From the NCBI RefSeq assembly GCF_009914755.1, contig NC_060937.1: 64,000 nucleotides of DNA. One strand, given 5' to 3'. This document shows, piece after piece, positions 61,042 through 64,000 of the stretch. Both the position numbers and the translations under genes were made by a program. Origin of the DNA: the human T2T-CHM13v2.0 reference genome, Homo sapiens. Positions within the stretch are counted from its first letter, which is position 1, and every line of letters starts with the position of its first letter. The notes under the pieces are model-generated. The model searched no databases. It worked only from the letters and a program-made list of their open reading frames with translations, and had not been told where the DNA came from.

Positions 61042-61989
61042 TCAGCAGCCTTTACCACTTGAGGAAAACACCTTTCACACTCATGATCTACACTCAGGTG
61101 TGGGCTTGAAGCCCCCTCCATTCTGCCCCATCCTCCAAGGTGCTACAAGTGGGCAGTTTCCCCACGCCCATCAGCCTGGCAAAGGGATACCACCCTCCGC
61201 TCACTGGGAGCTCCACCTGTGTCTATGGCCTTGCGCTTAGATCCTGCTGGGCACCTGCTATGAACAGCTCTGGGGCTCAGGACCAGGGATGCAAAGAGGA
61301 CAAACGCAGAGTCCTTGGACTCAAGTCCCTTTATCAGGCTTTCAGACTGCCACTCTGTGCCTGAGACACTTGTGTGAAGATGGCTTAGTCTTCTCTAGAT
61401 GCCTTTGCTATGTGTAGAAGCTTCACCAATGATGATATTTTGTGCCATATTTACATACAGGATATTTGGTAACCTGTTTGTAGACATTTCTAGCTTTTGC
61501 CTACATAAACGAGAGAGTAATACAAGCAAAATGGTATGGAGAAAGATCTGAAGAGACAATGCCATGTTGACAGATACCCAAGGGCCTGTAATCCTCCTCT
61601 CAGTTGCCTGGTGGACTGTGCTAACGTCTCTGATGTCAGCCAGGCTAGGAGGAAGCCAACAGAACTAGAAAATGTTTGACGGCTGTATGGCTTGGGGGTT
61701 TAATCAGTGCTTCAGTTGCCCTTTGCACTTAGATGTGAGGTTGGTCTCAGGGTGACGCCCATAATGAAGGTAAACCATGACGACATGAAATGAAATGAGC
61801 ACAGGATGAAGGTGAGCCAGCTGCACAAGCCCTGCGGGGTGGGACATCTTCCAGACACACACAAAGAGCGTCGCCTTTAAGGGGCCAGGGCTGGAGGTTC
61901 AGGCCACCCCGATCACAATGCGCTTTTCTGCCGTCTGCAGCTCCTCCCTCCTATGCCCTTTCATTCTTTCTTTCAACAATTATTTCTTT

Positions 61990-62291
<302 letters not shown>

Positions 62292-62779
62292 TCAACAATT
62301 ATTTCTTTAGCACCTTCTATGGACCTGATGCTATTCTAGGTTGTAGGAATTCACCTCTATTAGGCTTTTCCTCTCTCTTTTTGGATTGACAACTGAGACA
62401 TCACCTACTTTAGGAAACACCCCCTGACAGCCCTTGTCACCCACCAGGCTCAGCCCAGGGCCATTCCCGGGTGCTCCTAGGACACCCTGTGCATGGCTCT
62501 GTGGTTGCACTTGCAGCTTTAAATTATGCTTTTCTCTTCATGTGTGCATCTTCCCCACCAGACTGTGAACTTGTCATGGTCAAGGTCGACACAATTCCGT
62601 AGCCTCAGACGCCTACATAGTCCTTGCTCTAAACACATATATTGAATAAGGGAACTGTGGCAAAATCAGCAGTATTCACCTCTTTGAAGACAAAATGGTG
62701 ACAACAGAGTGTGGAGGGAGCCTAGGCACTGGTCTTATGTTCCTCCCCGTCACCATGCAGGGCCAAGCTTCTTCCCACA

Positions 62780-63780
62780 GAACCACACGCTCCCTCCCCT
62801 AGGCTGTCATGGCTCAGCAGTGCCCACCACGCCCCTGCTCAACCACCAGGCTACCAAGCAACTTCCTGGTCACGGTTGGGTCCTACTCTCCTGCCTACCC
62901 ATCTTCTTCATCCCAGGAAACGGCAATTCTCCCTCCATCCACAGAAGAGTTGTCCTTGACGTTTACCTTTCTCTCATCCCCAACATGCTGTCTGCCCATC
63001 CTGTTGGCTTTACCTCCAAGACAGCTCCAGAATCTGGCTGCTGCTCCCCTCCTCCTTGCCACACCCTCCTCCAGACCTCTGCTGCCATCCCTGACCAAGA
63101 CAGTGGCAAGAAAGCCTGGACTCCCTGCTTCCACCCCAGCCTCCGGACAGTCCTTTTTCCACCCAAGCCAGAAAGGGCTTTGAGAAACTGAGTGAGATGG
63201 CGCTGCTCCTCTGGCCTCCCACCTCACAGAGTATGAGCCAATCCTCCTGTCAGCCTTCGGGGCCCACCATCCCCATCTTGGTCTGTCCCCCGCCACCTCC
63301 TTCATTGCTGCCTCCTGCCACTCAGCCATATGGACCATCCAACTGCCCCTTGGATGCACCCCTTCAGCCTGGCCTCAGGGCCTCTGCCCTTCTGTTTTCT
63401 CTCCCTGCAGCACTCTTCCCTACAGCTCCCCATGGTCTCATTGCTCACTCCTGTGGGTCTCTGCACAAATGTTATCTTATTATCATCCTCCTTGATTACT
63501 TCTTTAGAATTGTACACACATGTGCAGACACACCCCACCTGTATACCCTGTCACTCTCTCCTGCTCCATTTTCTATCCACTTAATGAACACCCTTCTGAT
63601 ATATTCTATACTTTGCCTCTTGATAGGCATATGTTTTGTTTTCCCCCACCAGAACTACCATATAAGCTCCATGAGGGAAAGTATTTTTTTGGCCTGTTTC
63701 ATTCATTGCTGTATCCTCAATGCTTTGAATAGAGCCTGGCACACAGTAGATGCTCAATAAATGTATGTTAGATGAATCCA
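62780..63780 (+). mobile_element. L2a 3' region
   Basis: taagctccatgaggga..ttcattcattgctgtatcc..gcctggcacacagtagatgctcaataaatgtatgttagatgaat. Confidence 0.85.
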
Positions 63781-64000
63781 TGGAAAGTTAATAAAACTGG
63801 CATTCTGGTTTTTCTGGCAGTCTTGCTAGTTGGATGAGCATGAGAAAAATCCCCTTCCAATTTATGCACTAGCAAGATAGTTTCCGGGCCTGCAAACCAA
63901 GTAGGAACCAGACATAAATTGTGGGGACCCCACTGCCAGCCTCTCGAGCTGAGCAGGCACAACAGAGCAGTCATGTGGATGCCATGCACATGAGTCCATG

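Overview
This is primate, almost certainly human, non-coding genomic DNA (intergenic or deep intronic). It is dominated by interspersed repeats: about 20 Alus (J, S, Y and one very young Ya-lineage copy), old L1M/L2/MIR fragments, several solo LTRs (two LTR12F-type, MLT1, MST, THE1, others) and DNA transposon relics (MADE1, MER3, MER5, MER58). It also holds several tandem or low-complexity repeats and a CpG-island complex at about 53.4-58.2 kb. I find no supportable protein-coding gene, tRNA, rRNA or CRISPR array. The long ORFs in the track are artefacts of Alu, low-complexity or GC-rich sequence. I cannot name the locus from sequence alone and see no evidence for a new multi-gene system. The best leads are: (1) an ancient MLT1B-like LTR that is now CpG-rich, (2) a CpG island split by a G-rich 25-bp VNTR and a 2-kb CA-rich block, (3) two convergent, reciprocally nested LTR12F/Alu elements, (4) a candidate polymorphic AluYa insertion, (5) a 10-bp VNTR whose CpG decay switches transcription-factor motifs, and (6) candidate lncRNA exons on both strands. 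Repeat subfamily names come from recalled consensus sequences, and boundaries of old repeats are approximate.
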